Part shown: positions 1 through 9,927 of the stretch, in pieces
Layout of the letters: every line of letters starts with the position of its first letter
How positions within the stretch are numbered: the first letter of the stretch is position 1
Assembly: GCA_964487045.1 (NCBI GenBank)
Contig: CAZAOT010000004.1
Span: 6,605 to 70,604 of the forward strand
Direction of reading: 5' to 3'
Length of the DNA stretch: 64,000 nucleotides
Source of the DNA: an uncultured Candidatus Saccharibacteria bacterium
Lineage (GTDB): Bacteria > Patescibacteriota > UBA1384 > DTJR01
Notes under the pieces: model-generated
The model's database searches: none
What the model was told of the DNA's origin: nothing
Seen by the model: only the letters and a program-made list of their open reading frames with translations
Position numbers and translations under genes: made by a program

Positions 1-372
1 GCCGTATCAGATTTTATGAAGTTTGTTCTTGATAACGATCTTTCGCAAATGAGCAAAAGTGAATGGAAAAAATTCCTTTGTCTACTTACACCATTTGCTC
101 CACATTTGAGCGAATATTTAAATCTAAAAATATCTAACGATTCGATCTTTACTTATTCGTGGCCAAATGTTAAAATAACAAACAGCTCAATTCAATATGT
201 AGTTCAAATAAACGGAAAGCACAGGGCAAATTTTAGCCTCGATAAAGAGCTTGATGAAGATGAGGCTATCGCAATGGCGAAAGAGCAAAAGAATGTAAAG
301 ATTCATCTCGAAGGAAAGAATATTAAAAAAACTATTTACGTAAAAAACAAAGTTATAAACTTTGTTGTATAG
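1..372 (+). CDS. leuS: Leucyl-tRNA synthetase, C-terminal fragment (5' end lies upstream of the window)
   Basis: The C-terminal 118 aa match the LeuRS anticodon-binding tail (IQYVVQINGKHRA...KTIYVKNKVINFVV versus E. coli VVVQVNGKVRA...KVIYVPGKLLNLVV). The reading frame is open to the window edge. Confidence 0.75.
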   Translation, partial: AVSDFMKFVLDNDLSQMSKSEWKKFLCLLTPFAPHLSEYLNLKISNDSIFTYSWPNVKITNSSIQYVVQINGKHRANFSLDKELDEDEAIAMAKEQKNVKIHLEGKNIKKTIYVKNKVINFVV

Positions 373-384
373 AAAGGCATTATC

Positions 385-618
385 ATGGCAGAGCCAAAAA
401 AACGCTTAACAGCATCACGATCTGGAAACAGACAAAGCAAAGATGCTCTCAAGGCAACAACTCTTATTAGTTGTACAAATTGCAAGCAAAAAATTACTCC
501 ACATAGAGTTTGTTCCAATTGCGGATTTTATAAAGGTAAGAAAATTATCGATATGAAATCTGACATAGTCAAAAAGAAAAAAGTTGACGAGCAGATTAAA
601 GAGGAAGTAAATGAATAG
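385..618 (+). CDS. rpmF: 50S ribosomal protein L32
   Basis: N-terminus [22 protein letters not shown] with a C-x2-C...C-x2-C pattern, typical of L32. It lies directly upstream of nusB and rnc. Confidence 0.8.
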   Translation: MAEPKKRLTASRSGNRQSKDALKATTLISCTNCKQKITPHRVCSNCGFYKGKKIIDMKSDIVKKKKVDEQIKEEVNE

Positions 619-1045
619 GCATTACGCTAGAGTAATCGCACTTCAATCCTTATACGAATCCGACTTTAGGGAAAACCCTAATGTAGTAGAAATATTTAAT
701 CGTCATCTCGAAAATATCCAGGAAGATCCTGAGAATACTGACTTCGCCAAAGAGCTAGCTGATATGACAAGGTCTAAGGCAGATGATCTTGATACAGCTA
801 TCGAAAAATATGCCCCTGACTGGCCAATCGAACAAGTTGCAATAATAGATCGCAATATCCTGAGAATGGCAATTTGTGAACTAGAAAATTTCGAGACTCC
901 TCCTAAGGTTGTTATTAATGAAGCAATTGAGCTCGCTAAATCATTTGGTAGCGAAACTTCTTCCAAGTTCGTTAATGGAGTACTAGGCTCGGTGTATAGA
1001 GGAAGCGATAAGTATAAAGACGAAGAAGAGGAAAAAAATGAATGA
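611..1045 (+). CDS. nusB: Transcription antitermination factor NusB
   Basis: N-terminus [14 protein letters not shown] matches the NusB family. The gene overlaps and couples to the neighbouring genes. Confidence 0.7.
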   Translation: MNRHYARVIALQSLYESDFRENPNVVEIFNRHLENIQEDPENTDFAKELADMTRSKADDLDTAIEKYAPDWPIEQVAIIDRNILRMAICELENFETPPKVVINEAIELAKSFGSETSSKFVNGVLGSVYRGSDKYKDEEEEKNE

Positions 1046-1736
1046 AGAAATCGTTAAGAATATAGAGGGCTTAGAAAAGAAGTTAAAAATAAAATTTAAA
1101 AATAGAGAGCTTTTGCATAAAGCCTTTGTCCATAGATCTTATTTAAATGAGAATAAAATTGCCGAAGAAAGCAATGAAAGGCTGGAGTTCCTTGGCGACG
1201 CCGTGCTTGAGTTGGTAGTTACGGAATATCTATTTGAGAAATATCAAAAGAATGAAGGTGAGCTTACGGCAATTAGGAGCGCTTTAGTACGAGGACGACA
1301 TTTGTCGGAAATTGCTGATAGTCTTAAAATTTACGACTGCTTATTTCTATCAATCGGTGAAAAGAAATCTTCTGAAAAGGCAAAGGGTTTAATTCTAGCA
1401 AACGCTTTAGAAGCATTTATTGGAGCGATTTACCTAGACCAAGGTTACGAGGTAGTAAAGAATTTTATAATCTCTAATATCGCTTCGCACGTAGAAAAAA
1501 TCCTCGAGGAGAAATTATATATTGATTCCAAAAGCGAACTACAAGAAAAAATTCAGGAAAGAGACAAGGTCACTCCTCATTATAGAGTTATGAAAGAGGA
1601 AGGTCCTGATCACAACAAGATTTTCACAAGCGCTGTATATATTGATGACGAATTAGTCGCAACTGGACAAGGAAGCTCTAAAAATACGGCCGAACAGGCA
1701 GCTGCATACGCCGCGCTCGACAAATTATTTAAGTAA
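1038..1736 (+). CDS. rnc: Ribonuclease III
   Basis: Carries the RNase III signature [15 protein letters not shown] and a dsRBD at the C-terminus. Confidence 0.9.
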   Translation: MNEEIVKNIEGLEKKLKIKFKNRELLHKAFVHRSYLNENKIAEESNERLEFLGDAVLELVVTEYLFEKYQKNEGELTAIRSALVRGRHLSEIADSLKIYDCLFLSIGEKKSSEKAKGLILANALEAFIGAIYLDQGYEVVKNFIISNIASHVEKILEEKLYIDSKSELQEKIQERDKVTPHYRVMKEEGPDHNKIFTSAVYIDDELVATGQGSSKNTAEQAAAYAALDKLFK

Positions 1737-2427
1737 GAAGACGTCTAATCTTTTTGTAAGTAAGATTTGCTCTAAACTGCGGCCAGTCTGCTGGAAATAG
1801 TTCTATTGGAAGCTGAGGTTGATTGCTTAATATCGAAGCATACTGAAAAATAATTTTCTTAGTATCGTAAGATGTTTTGTCTTTATCTTTTATATATCTC
1901 TCTGCAGAATCTATAAAATTATATATTTCACGTTTAGATGAATCGAAGTTCCATAGTTTCTGAAAAGATTCTTTTGACAACCCTGAAGATATAGAATCAG
2001 ATTCAACTATTATTAAGCATTCATAAATATTTGCCTTTTTTGCTTCTTCGATAATATCTTTTTTTATATCGAGAGGAGTAATCCATAATCCACTCATAAT
2101 CATTCTAACTCCTCTGGACTCTAGGTATCGACGAAATTTATCACGAAGTGATCTCTTTGATTCTGGTATCGAAAAAGATATAAATCTCCACTTGTTGTCC
2201 CAATGAAGTGTACTTTGATGGAGATTGTCTAAAATTTCATTAAGCGCCGCTTGGCCTTTTTTTGAAATAGAGTATTTGTCAAGGTTTTTCTCAACTAGTT
2301 TCATTGCTTCCATCTTTCCCAAAATTCCACGAAGCACCGCAGGATTAAAAAAAGACATCTCGTTATAACCGACACTTTTTCTATCTTCTATAAAAATTAA
2401 AAGCTCATAAAGAGGAGTAATACGCAT
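1729..2427 (-). CDS. PaaX-family winged-helix transcriptional regulator
   Basis: The C-terminal region WDNKWRFISFSIPESKRSLRDKFRRYLESRG...GLWITP matches the PaaX C-terminal domain consensus. Confidence 0.5.
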   Translation of the reverse strand: MRITPLYELLIFIEDRKSVGYNEMSFFNPAVLRGILGKMEAMKLVEKNLDKYSISKKGQAALNEILDNLHQSTLHWDNKWRFISFSIPESKRSLRDKFRRYLESRGVRMIMSGLWITPLDIKKDIIEEAKKANIYECLIIVESDSISSGLSKESFQKLWNFDSSKREIYNFIDSAERYIKDKDKTSYDTKKIIFQYASILSNQPQLPIELFPADWPQFRANLTYKKIRRLLT

Positions 2428-2628
2428 ATACTGAAATTAGCAGAAAATTCACGAGCGTCAAGTTAGAGGGGAGAACAAACAATAATTACTCTTTCAGAAC
2501 CAGCCCCTCTCAGCTTCCTGCGAGCTTCGGGGGCTTACGCACTCGATTATTTATTCGCTTCGCGAAACCAAGCTAAATAATCTCCGTGAGTTTCTTCAAG
2601 AGCAATTATTGTTTTAGAGAATAAATGG

Positions 2629-3561
2629 TTATTTCGGGAAGGTGTAGGCCTCAAAACCATAGCTTAGTAGCTTTTTCATCTCATCAGCGCTTGCTGACGG
2701 GGTGTTTGAGTATGTATTCAGTACAACCCCTACTATCGTATTTCCGTCGCGTTCTGCGGAGCTCACAAGGGTATGGCCGGCATCAGGAGTAAATCCGGTT
2801 TTTCCTCCAATTATTCCATCTAACTTGATTTCTCCAGTTGTGAGTCGATTAGAGTTTTTCAACTCATGGCTCTCCGCGCCATCGACTGAGGTAACGACTT
2901 TTTCAGACGTTGAAACTATTTTCTTAAACTCTTCATTAGATATGGCATAGCTAAACAGGATAGCCAAATCTCGAGCGGATGAGTGGCCTTGATCATTTAG
3001 TCCAGCAGGATCCATGTAATGAGTATTAGTTAGACCAAGATCCTCAGCCTTTTTATTCATTAAGAGAACAAATTCCTCTTGTGATACCTTCATGCTTGAT
3101 AGGGTCTTGGCTGCATCGTTGCCAGAATTCATAAGCAAGCAATAAAGTAAATTCTCAACAGTAATTCTTTCTCCAGGTTTTAAAAATACTTTAGATCCAA
3201 TTACATCAGTCTGATCTTTGTTGACTGTCACTATATCATCAAGCTTATAGTTTTCTATTACAATAATTGCTGTCATTACCTTAGTGATTGAAGCAATCGG
3301 CACAGGCTTTTCAGAATCCTTCTGAAACAGAGGATATTTTGTCTTAGAGTCGATCAAGATAGACGATCCTGCTAGAATATTTGGATCTTTCGCTATTGGA
3401 TTTTTCTGTGGATACTGATAAAGCTTCACGGTTTTCTCTAAATAAAAATTATTTATTGAAGAACCTAGAACACTACCTTTTGAAGGTTTTTTGTAATTAA
3501 AAGCTAGCAAAGCGCCAACCAAAATAAGTCCTAAAATAATTACTATAGCAATCTTTTTCAT
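2629..3561 (-). CDS. D-alanyl-D-alanine carboxypeptidase (PBP5/DacA-like serine peptidase S11)
   Basis: Has a signal/TM N-terminus and the three serine-peptidase motifs SITK (SxxK), SGN and KTG. Confidence 0.85.
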   Translation of the reverse strand: MKKIAIVIILGLILVGALLAFNYKKPSKGSVLGSSINNFYLEKTVKLYQYPQKNPIAKDPNILAGSSILIDSKTKYPLFQKDSEKPVPIASITKVMTAIIVIENYKLDDIVTVNKDQTDVIGSKVFLKPGERITVENLLYCLLMNSGNDAAKTLSSMKVSQEEFVLLMNKKAEDLGLTNTHYMDPAGLNDQGHSSARDLAILFSYAISNEEFKKIVSTSEKVVTSVDGAESHELKNSNRLTTGEIKLDGIIGGKTGFTPDAGHTLVSSAERDGNTIVGVVLNTYSNTPSASADEMKKLLSYGFEAYTFPK

Positions 3562-3923
3562 GAGTTCTCTCGTTCAACCTTCTTACTAGAAATAAAAAAT
3601 TCCAATAGGATAATAGCAACTAAATAGGTAATGGCAGACATAACGTTTAGAACTTCTATACTAGAAAATAACAATAATCCGCTTACGAGAACAGCAAATA
3701 ATAAACTCCTTCTAATAATTCTTGAAGTCGATGCTGACTTGAAGAAAATCTTTCTAAGCGTTAAAGACAATAATGATGATAAGCAAAAAATAAATGCCAT
3801 TAGGCTTATGAAAAATGCTGCTATGCTAAACGAGTTTGCCTGGAAAGGATTTGTATTAAAAAGAAGTACAGAGACTAATCCGGCTGAAATTAAACCAATA
3901 GATACCAGACTAAAATTCAACAT
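3558..3923 (-). CDS. Small polytopic membrane protein (hypothetical)
   Basis: Predicted 3-4 TM helices. The stop overlaps the dacA start (ATGA), so it is co-oriented in the operon. Confidence 0.4.
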   Translation of the reverse strand: MLNFSLVSIGLISAGLVSVLLFNTNPFQANSFSIAAFFISLMAFIFCLSSLLSLTLRKIFFKSASTSRIIRRSLLFAVLVSGLLLFSSIEVLNVMSAITYLVAIILLEFFISSKKVERENS

Positions 3924-4212
3924 CAGAATCTTTTATACAGACAAACTTAGTTTTGGGCATAAATTTAGATGAAAACATCTCTCTAAATATTTCCGAAATT
4001 TCTTTCTTGTCTTTTACTATACTATTTTCCAGGTTTTTTGTATTTTTTTCAACCGGGCAGCCAACGTATATATAGGCGGTCTTGAGATCTTCACTCATAT
4101 TAACATCAATAATATGAACAAAACCAAGCTTTTCGACATTGCGTGATAGATATACATCAACGCCGTTTCGAACTAACTCAATAATTTTTTCTCTTTTTAG
4201 GCTCTTTTGCAT
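3910..4212 (-). CDS. rbfA: Ribosome-binding factor A
   Basis: About 100 aa; LGFVHIIDVNMSEDLKTAYIYV fits the RbfA KH-like core (VT.VEVS.DL..A.VYV). Confidence 0.5.
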   Translation of the reverse strand: MQKSLKREKIIELVRNGVDVYLSRNVEKLGFVHIIDVNMSEDLKTAYIYVGCPVEKNTKNLENSIVKDKKEISEIFREMFSSKFMPKTKFVCIKDSDVEF

Positions 4213-4611
4213 TTAACGCTTAGCCCACTGTGGAGCACGTCTTGCACGCTTTAGACCAGGTTTCTTTCGTTCTTTTTCTCTAGAATCTCTTGATAGTAGG
4301 TTTGATTTTTTAAGAGACTTTTCCATCTCTTCACCAGTCTTGGCAAGTGCCCTGGCTAGTCCCAATTTAATAGCTTCAATCTGCGAACTAACTCCGCCAC
4401 CATTTACAATATAACTAATGTCATATTTTTTTTCTAATGATAGAAGTCTAAGAGGCTCAAAAATTTCTGATATCGCGCTTTCATCTAATTCGATTTTTTC
4501 TTTTTTGGAATTAACTATTTTTCCGGTCCCATCTTGAATTCGTACTTGCGCTATAGCACTCTTACGTCTTCCGATACCGAAGTAGTATTGTGATGATTTC
4601 ATATTACTCAA
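4213..4611 (-). CDS. rpsI: 30S ribosomal protein S9
   Basis: Contains GRRKSAIAQV and the C-terminal basic tail ...RRAPQWAKR. Confidence 0.9.
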   Translation of the reverse strand: MSNMKSSQYYFGIGRRKSAIAQVRIQDGTGKIVNSKKEKIELDESAISEIFEPLRLLSLEKKYDISYIVNGGGVSSQIEAIKLGLARALAKTGEEMEKSLKKSNLLSRDSREKERKKPGLKRARRAPQWAKR

Positions 4612-4945
4612 ACCTTAATTTTTTAATCATTTGTGCACCTAGTCTGTTTTTAGGAAGCATTCCTTTAACAGTCTGGGTAAAAAGCTTCTTTGGGTCATCC
4701 TGAAAACTATCACTTAGTGACTTTTCTTTTAAATTTCCGATATATCCACTATGTGAATAGTATTTCTTTTGGATCAGTTTTCGGCCACTGAAGCTAAGCT
4801 TGTCTACATTAACTACAGTTACCACTGATTCAGATAGCTTGTTTGGAGCATAGCTAGGATCATTTTTACCAATAATAAGCTTAGCAACTTCACTTGCAGC
4901 TCTTCCTAGTGGCATCCCTGATAAATCTATTTTATGCTGTATCAT
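4604..4945 (-). CDS. rplM: 50S ribosomal protein L13
   Basis: Contains the L13 GMLPKNRLG motif and sits directly upstream of rpsI. Confidence 0.85.
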   Translation of the reverse strand: MIQHKIDLSGMPLGRAASEVAKLIIGKNDPSYAPNKLSESVVTVVNVDKLSFSGRKLIQKKYYSHSGYIGNLKEKSLSDSFQDDPKKLFTQTVKGMLPKNRLGAQMIKKLRFE

Positions 4946-5334
4946 TTCTTATTCTCTTTCTTTGCTTTGACAGCGCTGGGCTTCCTCTCCTCAGGTTTAG
5001 CTTCCTGAGCTTTTTCTAATCTTACGATAACTTCTTGAGCCCCGTCACCAAGTCTTCTATCAAGCTTGTAAAGTTTTACACAGGTATATGAATTTCTGAA
5101 ATCATATGCTTTTTCTTTGGCTCCACCATACAATGTTGAAGCGAGATATCTCTTAGCATTGACTTCATTGTCCATCGCCTTAAGCTTAAAAATCAAGCTT
5201 TCCATTTCAGACTTGAGTGCTTTTGCTTTTGGAGCAGTTGTTTTCACTTGCTCGAACAATATCAAAGATGAGACCATATTTCTGATAAGTCTTTTTCGAT
5301 ATTGGAATTTTTTTGATAATTTAAGCTTTCGCAT
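4942..5334 (-). CDS. rplQ: 50S ribosomal protein L17
   Basis: MRKLKLSKKFQYRKRLIRNMVSSLILFEQVKTT matches the L17 N-terminus. It follows rpoA. Confidence 0.85.
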   Translation of the reverse strand: MRKLKLSKKFQYRKRLIRNMVSSLILFEQVKTTAPKAKALKSEMESLIFKLKAMDNEVNAKRYLASTLYGGAKEKAYDFRNSYTCVKLYKLDRRLGDGAQEVIVRLEKAQEAKPEERKPSAVKAKKENKK

Positions 5335-5336
5335 CT

Positions 5337-6080
5337 TTAGGATTTCTTCTTAGTTTTTGTTTTTTCTTTGGTTTGCTTAACTTCACCCATTGCACTAGAG
5401 ATAACGCCCATATGCTCAGAGATGATCTTCGAGGCAGTGTTAAGAGCTTCTTGTGGCGCAACTGAGCCATCAGTTGTAATTTCGATTAGAAGTTTATTGT
5501 AGTTTGTCATCCCTCCAACACGAGCATTTTCTACATCAAACTTAACCTTCTTAACTGGAGTGTAGATACTATCAACCATTATTGTTCCGATAGGTAGCTT
5601 TTCTTCAGCCTTCTTCTCGACTGGGACATATCCTCGGCCTTTATCAATTTCGATAACCATATCGAGTTTAGCACCCTTTTCTAGTGAACAGAGATAATGT
5701 CCAGGAGAAACTATATCAACGTCAGCTGACTTCTTAAAGTCGTCGACAGTGACTTCCTTAGGACCTTTTACCGACATTTCAATCTTTGCATTATCTGTAT
5801 CGTTTAGCTTGAATCTCGCCATCTTAAGGTTAAGAATCAAGTCTACAATGTCCTCTTTCATGCCCTTCATCGTAGAATATTCGTGATCGACTCCCTCTAT
5901 TTTTACACTTTTGATTGCATAGCCCTCGAGAGATGCAAGGAGCACTCTTCTTAGACTATTTCCAATAGTAACTCCATAACCAGGAAGTAGTGGCTCAATT
6001 ACAAATGTGCCGGTCTTTCCTTCGTCACTTAGAGTTGATTTGATCTCGAGCAATCCAAGGTCAGGTAATATATAATCCAT
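5337..6080 (-). CDS. rpoA: DNA-directed RNA polymerase alpha subunit, N-terminal domain only (no alpha-CTD)
   Basis: MDYILPDLGLLEIKS...TIGNSLRRVLL matches the alpha NTD. The real start is the internal ATG at 6080; the ORF-finder start at 6155 overlaps rpsD. The protein ends at 247 aa, immediately before rplQ. Confidence 0.85.
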   Translation of the reverse strand: MDYILPDLGLLEIKSTLSDEGKTGTFVIEPLLPGYGVTIGNSLRRVLLASLEGYAIKSVKIEGVDHEYSTMKGMKEDIVDLILNLKMARFKLNDTDNAKIEMSVKGPKEVTVDDFKKSADVDIVSPGHYLCSLEKGAKLDMVIEIDKGRGYVPVEKKAEEKLPIGTIMVDSIYTPVKKVKFDVENARVGGMTNYNKLLIEITTDGSVAPQEALNTASKIISEHMGVISSAMGEVKQTKEKTKTKKKS

Positions 6081-6135
6081 ATTGTGTTCCTTCTTTAGTT
6101 GATTCAGGTTTGCGTTGCAACCGCAAACCGCCCTC

Positions 6136-6729
6136 TTATCTTGAATAAAATTCAATAATTAATTGTATGTTAATGGCGGTCATAACTTTTTCAGTATCTG
6201 GTAGACCAGTGACTTCGACTTCTTTAGAATCTTTTGAAGGCTTGATATTCTCAGCAATCTCTCTTTTGCCCTCTTTTAATAGACTGGAAGTTACTATTTT
6301 GTCCCCTACTTTTATCTGCATTGATGGAGACTTGGCCTTTTTCCCATTAACAGAAATTTTACCGTGGACAACTAGCTGTCTTGCTTCATTTCGTGAGCTT
6401 GCCCATCCTGATCTAAAGACTACATTGTCTAGTCTATTTTCCAATAAATTTATAAGCTGGGTTCCTGTAGAATGTCTGTCTTTTCTAGCTTCATCAAAAT
6501 AATTTGTCATTTGCTTTTCAGTAACACCATAAATAGCTCTAGCTTTTTGTTTTTCCAAAAGCTGCTTAGCATAGTCAGAAGCCTTTCTTCTACTTCCTTT
6601 AGCGCCAGCCTGGCCTGGAGCATATGGTCTTTTTGTGACCGGGCAGCTAGGTAAATTACACTTATCTCCCTTGAGAAAAAGCTTTTCACCTGTTCGCCTG
6701 CAAATTCTACATTTATCTAGTTTTTCCAT
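6136..6729 (-). CDS. rpsD: 30S ribosomal protein S4
   Basis: N-terminus carries C-x2-C...C-x5-C, and the S4 domain contains RLDNVVFR. Confidence 0.9.
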   Translation of the reverse strand: MEKLDKCRICRRTGEKLFLKGDKCNLPSCPVTKRPYAPGQAGAKGSRRKASDYAKQLLEKQKARAIYGVTEKQMTNYFDEARKDRHSTGTQLINLLENRLDNVVFRSGWASSRNEARQLVVHGKISVNGKKAKSPSMQIKVGDKIVTSSLLKEGKREIAENIKPSKDSKEVEVTGLPDTEKVMTAINIQLIIEFYSR

Positions 6730-6731
6730 CG

Positions 6732-7112
6732 TTATACCCTTCTAGGTTTCTTTGCCCTACATCCATTGTGGGGAATTGGGGTTTTGTCTTTTATCTTAGT
6801 AATTTTAAATCCTCCAGAGGCAATTGCCCTAAGAGCAGCATCACGGCCTGTGGAAACTCCTGATACATATAGCTCGATTTCCGTTGTTTGAGCTTCATGC
6901 ATTTTATCAACAAGAATTTTTGCAGTTTGTGTTGATGCGAATGGTGTTGATTTTTTCGTACCCTTAAAGCCGGCCATTCCAGTAGATGCCCAAGCATAAA
7001 CATTTCCCTTTTCGTCGGTAGCACTCATTATTGTGTTATTAAACGATGAGTTAACAAAAACTTTTCCGACCGGGACGATTTTTACTTTTTTCTTTTTGAT
7101 TACTTTAGCCAT
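6732..7112 (-). CDS. rpsK: 30S ribosomal protein S11
   Basis: VYAWASTGMAGFKGTKKSTPFA matches the S11 core. Confidence 0.9.
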   Translation of the reverse strand: MAKVIKKKKVKIVPVGKVFVNSSFNNTIMSATDEKGNVYAWASTGMAGFKGTKKSTPFASTQTAKILVDKMHEAQTTEIELYVSGVSTGRDAALRAIASGGFKITKIKDKTPIPHNGCRAKKPRRV

Positions 7113-7131
7113 ATTATTAAGCGTTACTTAT

Positions 7132-7518
7132 TTATGTTTTCTCTGCAGCTTTCTTTCTTCCAGATCCTACAGTAACTTTCTTTCCTCTTTTTGTTCTTCC
7201 ATTTGTTTTTGTTCGTTGACCTCTGACAGGTAAACCTTTTATATGTCTTGAGCCTCTGTATGTGCCAATATTCTTAAGTCTCTTGATATTGTTTGTTACT
7301 TCGACTCTGAGGTCACCTTCTACCTGATAATTTTTCTCAATCAAACTTCTAATTTGCTCAATCTTTTCTTCTGGTACTTTGTTCAATCTTACAGATTCAT
7401 CGATATTGACCTGAGCGAGTATTTTCTTGGAAGTTGGCATACCAATACCCTCAAGATAAGTTAAAGCGATAACCGCTCTCTTATTTTCAGGTAAATTTAT
7501 TCCAGCAATTCTAATCAT
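7132..7518 (-). CDS. rpsM: 30S ribosomal protein S13
   Basis: MIRIAGINLPENKRAVIALTYLEGIG. Confidence 0.9.
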   Translation of the reverse strand: MIRIAGINLPENKRAVIALTYLEGIGMPTSKKILAQVNIDESVRLNKVPEEKIEQIRSLIEKNYQVEGDLRVEVTNNIKRLKNIGTYRGSRHIKGLPVRGQRTKTNGRTKRGKKVTVGSGRKKAAEKT

Positions 7519-7520
7519 AT

Positions 7521-7649
7521 TTATCCTTGCCTCTGCTTATGTCGTGGATTCTCACAGACAACAATAATTTTAGTCGGAGACTGTTTTCCTCGACGTCTTA
7601 CAATCTTACACTTATTACAAATTTTTTTGACTGATGGTCTAACTTTCAT
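7521..7649 (-). CDS. rpmJ: 50S ribosomal protein L36 (under 60 aa, so absent from the ORF track)
   Basis: Translating the minus strand by hand gives [42 protein letters not shown], the L36 zinc-ribbon consensus. The start overlaps the infA stop. Confidence 0.85.
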   Translation of the reverse strand: MKVRPSVKKICNKCKIVRRRGKQSPTKIIVVCENPRHKQRQG

Positions 7650-7870
7650 CTCTTGTCGATCCTTCTTTTTATACGTCCCTTAGTTAAATCATAAGGGGTC
7701 ATTTCCACAATTACGCGATCACCCTCTACAAGCTTGATATAATGCATTCTCATTTTTCCACTCAAATGGCCAATGATTTCCTGCCCAGTATCAAGCACGA
7801 TTTTAAAAAGAGCATTGGGTAATGCCTCAATAACTTCCCCTTCGAACTCGATTATATCTTTATCTGGCAT
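7646..7870 (-). CDS. infA: Translation initiation factor IF-1
   Basis: S1-like IF-1 sequence ...[20 protein letters not shown].... Confidence 0.9.
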   Translation of the reverse strand: MPDKDIIEFEGEVIEALPNALFKIVLDTGQEIIGHLSGKMRMHYIKLVEGDRVIVEMTPYDLTKGRIKRRIDKR

Positions 7871-7918
7871 TCAACCTCAACAAAATCTTTACTTACATAA
7901 TTTATCATCTTTTTACTC

Positions 7919-8659
7919 TTATGTCAATATTTTTGCCCCATTTTTCGCAACCACAACTGTATGCTCAAAATGAGCCGCTAACGTATTGTCTGACGAGACA
8001 ATCGTCCAGCCATCCTGAGATGTTTTTACCTTACCTGAGCCAAGTGTTGCCATCGGTTCTATTGCAAAAACCATCCCTTCTTTAACAACTTCTCCCTGGT
8101 TTGATTTTCCATTTGATTTAATAGATGGCTCCTCATGGATACTCTTACCTATTCCATGTCCAGAAAGTGACATTACCGGAGAAAGACCATGTTTTTCCAA
8201 TATTTCACCAGTTTTTTCCTCTATTGCTCCGACTCTTATGCCAGGGGAAATAATTTTTATTGATTCTTCAAGAGCTTTCTTGGTGCCATTTATAAGCCTC
8301 AATGTGTCGCTTGAGGGCTTACCTACTAGTATTGTAGTAGCAGTATCAGAATGAAACCCGTCCAATTCCACACCAACGTCAATTTTGACTAAATCATTAT
8401 GCATAATTTTTCTTTGGGAAGGGATACCGTGGACAACCTCGGAGTTGATTGAGATACATGTAACAGCAGGAAAACCATTATAATTGAGAAATGAGGGTTT
8501 AGCTCCCCTTGAAGAAATGATGCGGCTCGCAATTTTATCTAGTTCAAAAGTTGTTACACCTGGTTTTACATATTTTGCGAGTTCTTTTAAGACAAATGAA
8601 GCAATTTTCCCCGATCTTGCAATTTTACTTACTTCATCTTTAGTCTTGATATTGATCAT
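7919..8659 (-). CDS. map: Methionine aminopeptidase type I
   Basis: MAP pita-bread fold motifs. It sits downstream of secY, and adk is absent between them. Confidence 0.9.
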   Translation of the reverse strand: MINIKTKDEVSKIARSGKIASFVLKELAKYVKPGVTTFELDKIASRIISSRGAKPSFLNYNGFPAVTCISINSEVVHGIPSQRKIMHNDLVKIDVGVELDGFHSDTATTILVGKPSSDTLRLINGTKKALEESIKIISPGIRVGAIEEKTGEILEKHGLSPVMSLSGHGIGKSIHEEPSIKSNGKSNQGEVVKEGMVFAIEPMATLGSGKVKTSQDGWTIVSSDNTLAAHFEHTVVVAKNGAKILT

Positions 8660-9927
8660 ATATCGTCGTAACTTCGCATAGCGAGTTGCGCTTTTATAGT
8701 CCTGACAAACTCAAGTGTAACTGAAACGATAATAAGTATTCCCGTCCCTCCAATAGAAAGAGTCTGGATACCGGTTGCTTGCTGTAGAATTATTGGAAAT
8801 AGTGCAACTACAGATAGGAATAATGCGCCAGGAAAGGTAATTTTATAGATAATAGCTGATAAGTAAGTTGCGGTTTGGCTTCCAGGCCTTATCCCAGGAA
8901 TAAATCCGCCTTGCTTTTGAAGATTTTCCGCTATCTGTTTTGGCTGGAAAATTATCGATGTATAAAAGAATGTGAATGCAAACACCAAAACAAAGAATGT
9001 GACTGCATAAAAAATATCATTAGAGAACAATATAGTTATTTTGCTTGCGAAGTTTTTTAATGACTCATTCGTCGCCGTCTGTAACATTTGTGAAATGACA
9101 TTTGGAACTACCAGCAAGCTAGTCGCAAAGATTATTGGAATTACGCCGGCAGCGTTAGCTTTAATCGGAAGATATGAATCAATATTTCCAGTCGACCTGC
9201 CAGCTCGTATTCTTCTGGCATAGCTAATAGGAATTCTTCTCTCTGCCTCGTTTACAAATACTATAAACGCTATCATTGCTAAAAATGCAAGAATTATTTC
9301 TGCGGCGATTAGGTACTGACTTTCGACAATTTGTGCTGTTGCTGCCACCTGAGCTGGAAGTCCTGAGATTATACCTACTGATATGATAAGCGAGAGGCCA
9401 TTTCCAATTCCTTTTTCAGATAATATTTCCCCGAGCCACATCAAGAAAACGCTTCCTGCAGTAGCTGAGACAATCACCAGTGCTAGATCAGCAGTTGTAA
9501 GTGCTGATAAAACATTTTGAGACTGAAGTACTCTTACAAGTCCGTATGCTTCGACAACTGCCAGAGGAACAGATAGGTATCTAGTATATTGATTAATTTT
9601 TTCTTTTCCGTACTCCCCTTCTTTTTGCAATGCTTCAAGTGAAGGGATCGCCATTGTTAGAAGTTGGAATACAATCGAGGAAGTAATATAAGGACCAACG
9701 CCGAGCATCACAAGGGAAAACCTGCTAATTGAGCCGCCAGAAAACAAATCAAGCATTCCGAGAACTTGGTTATTTTCAAAGAAATTTTGCAGTCCTAGAG
9801 TATCGACGCCAGGCAACGGTATATGAGACAATACGCGATACAGCAGTACAATTAGTGCAGTGAAAATTAATTTGTTCCTTATATCTTTAAGGGTAAATAT
9901 CCTTTTGATAGTGGAAAAATTGATCAT
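8656..9927 (-). CDS. secY: Preprotein translocase subunit SecY
   Basis: 10-TM SecY; the N-terminus contains KDIRNKLIFT. Confidence 0.9.
   Translation of the reverse strand: MINFSTIKRIFTLKDIRNKLIFTALIVLLYRVLSHIPLPGVDTLGLQNFFENNQVLGMLDLFSGGSISRFSLVMLGVGPYITSSIVFQLLTMAIPSLEALQKEGEYGKEKINQYTRYLSVPLAVVEAYGLVRVLQSQNVLSALTTADLALVIVSATAGSVFLMWLGEILSEKGIGNGLSLIISVGIISGLPAQVAATAQIVESQYLIAAEIILAFLAMIAFIVFVNEAERRIPISYARRIRAGRSTGNIDSYLPIKANAAGVIPIIFATSLLVVPNVISQMLQTATNESLKNFASKITILFSNDIFYAVTFFVLVFAFTFFYTSIIFQPKQIAENLQKQGGFIPGIRPGSQTATYLSAIIYKITFPGALFLSVVALFPIILQQATGIQTLSIGGTGILIIVSVTLEFVRTIKAQLAMRSYDDI

Noticed and set aside
2461-2560. SRP (4.5S) RNA candidate
   Set aside because: The apical GNRA-tetraloop and symmetric-loop consensus (GGAAGCAGC context) cannot be matched. 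It more likely consists of terminator or operator hairpins.
3631-3972. 113-aa plus-strand ORF
   Set aside because: It is antisense to the operon-embedded membrane-protein ORF at 3558..3923 and to rbfA, and has no ribosome-binding site.
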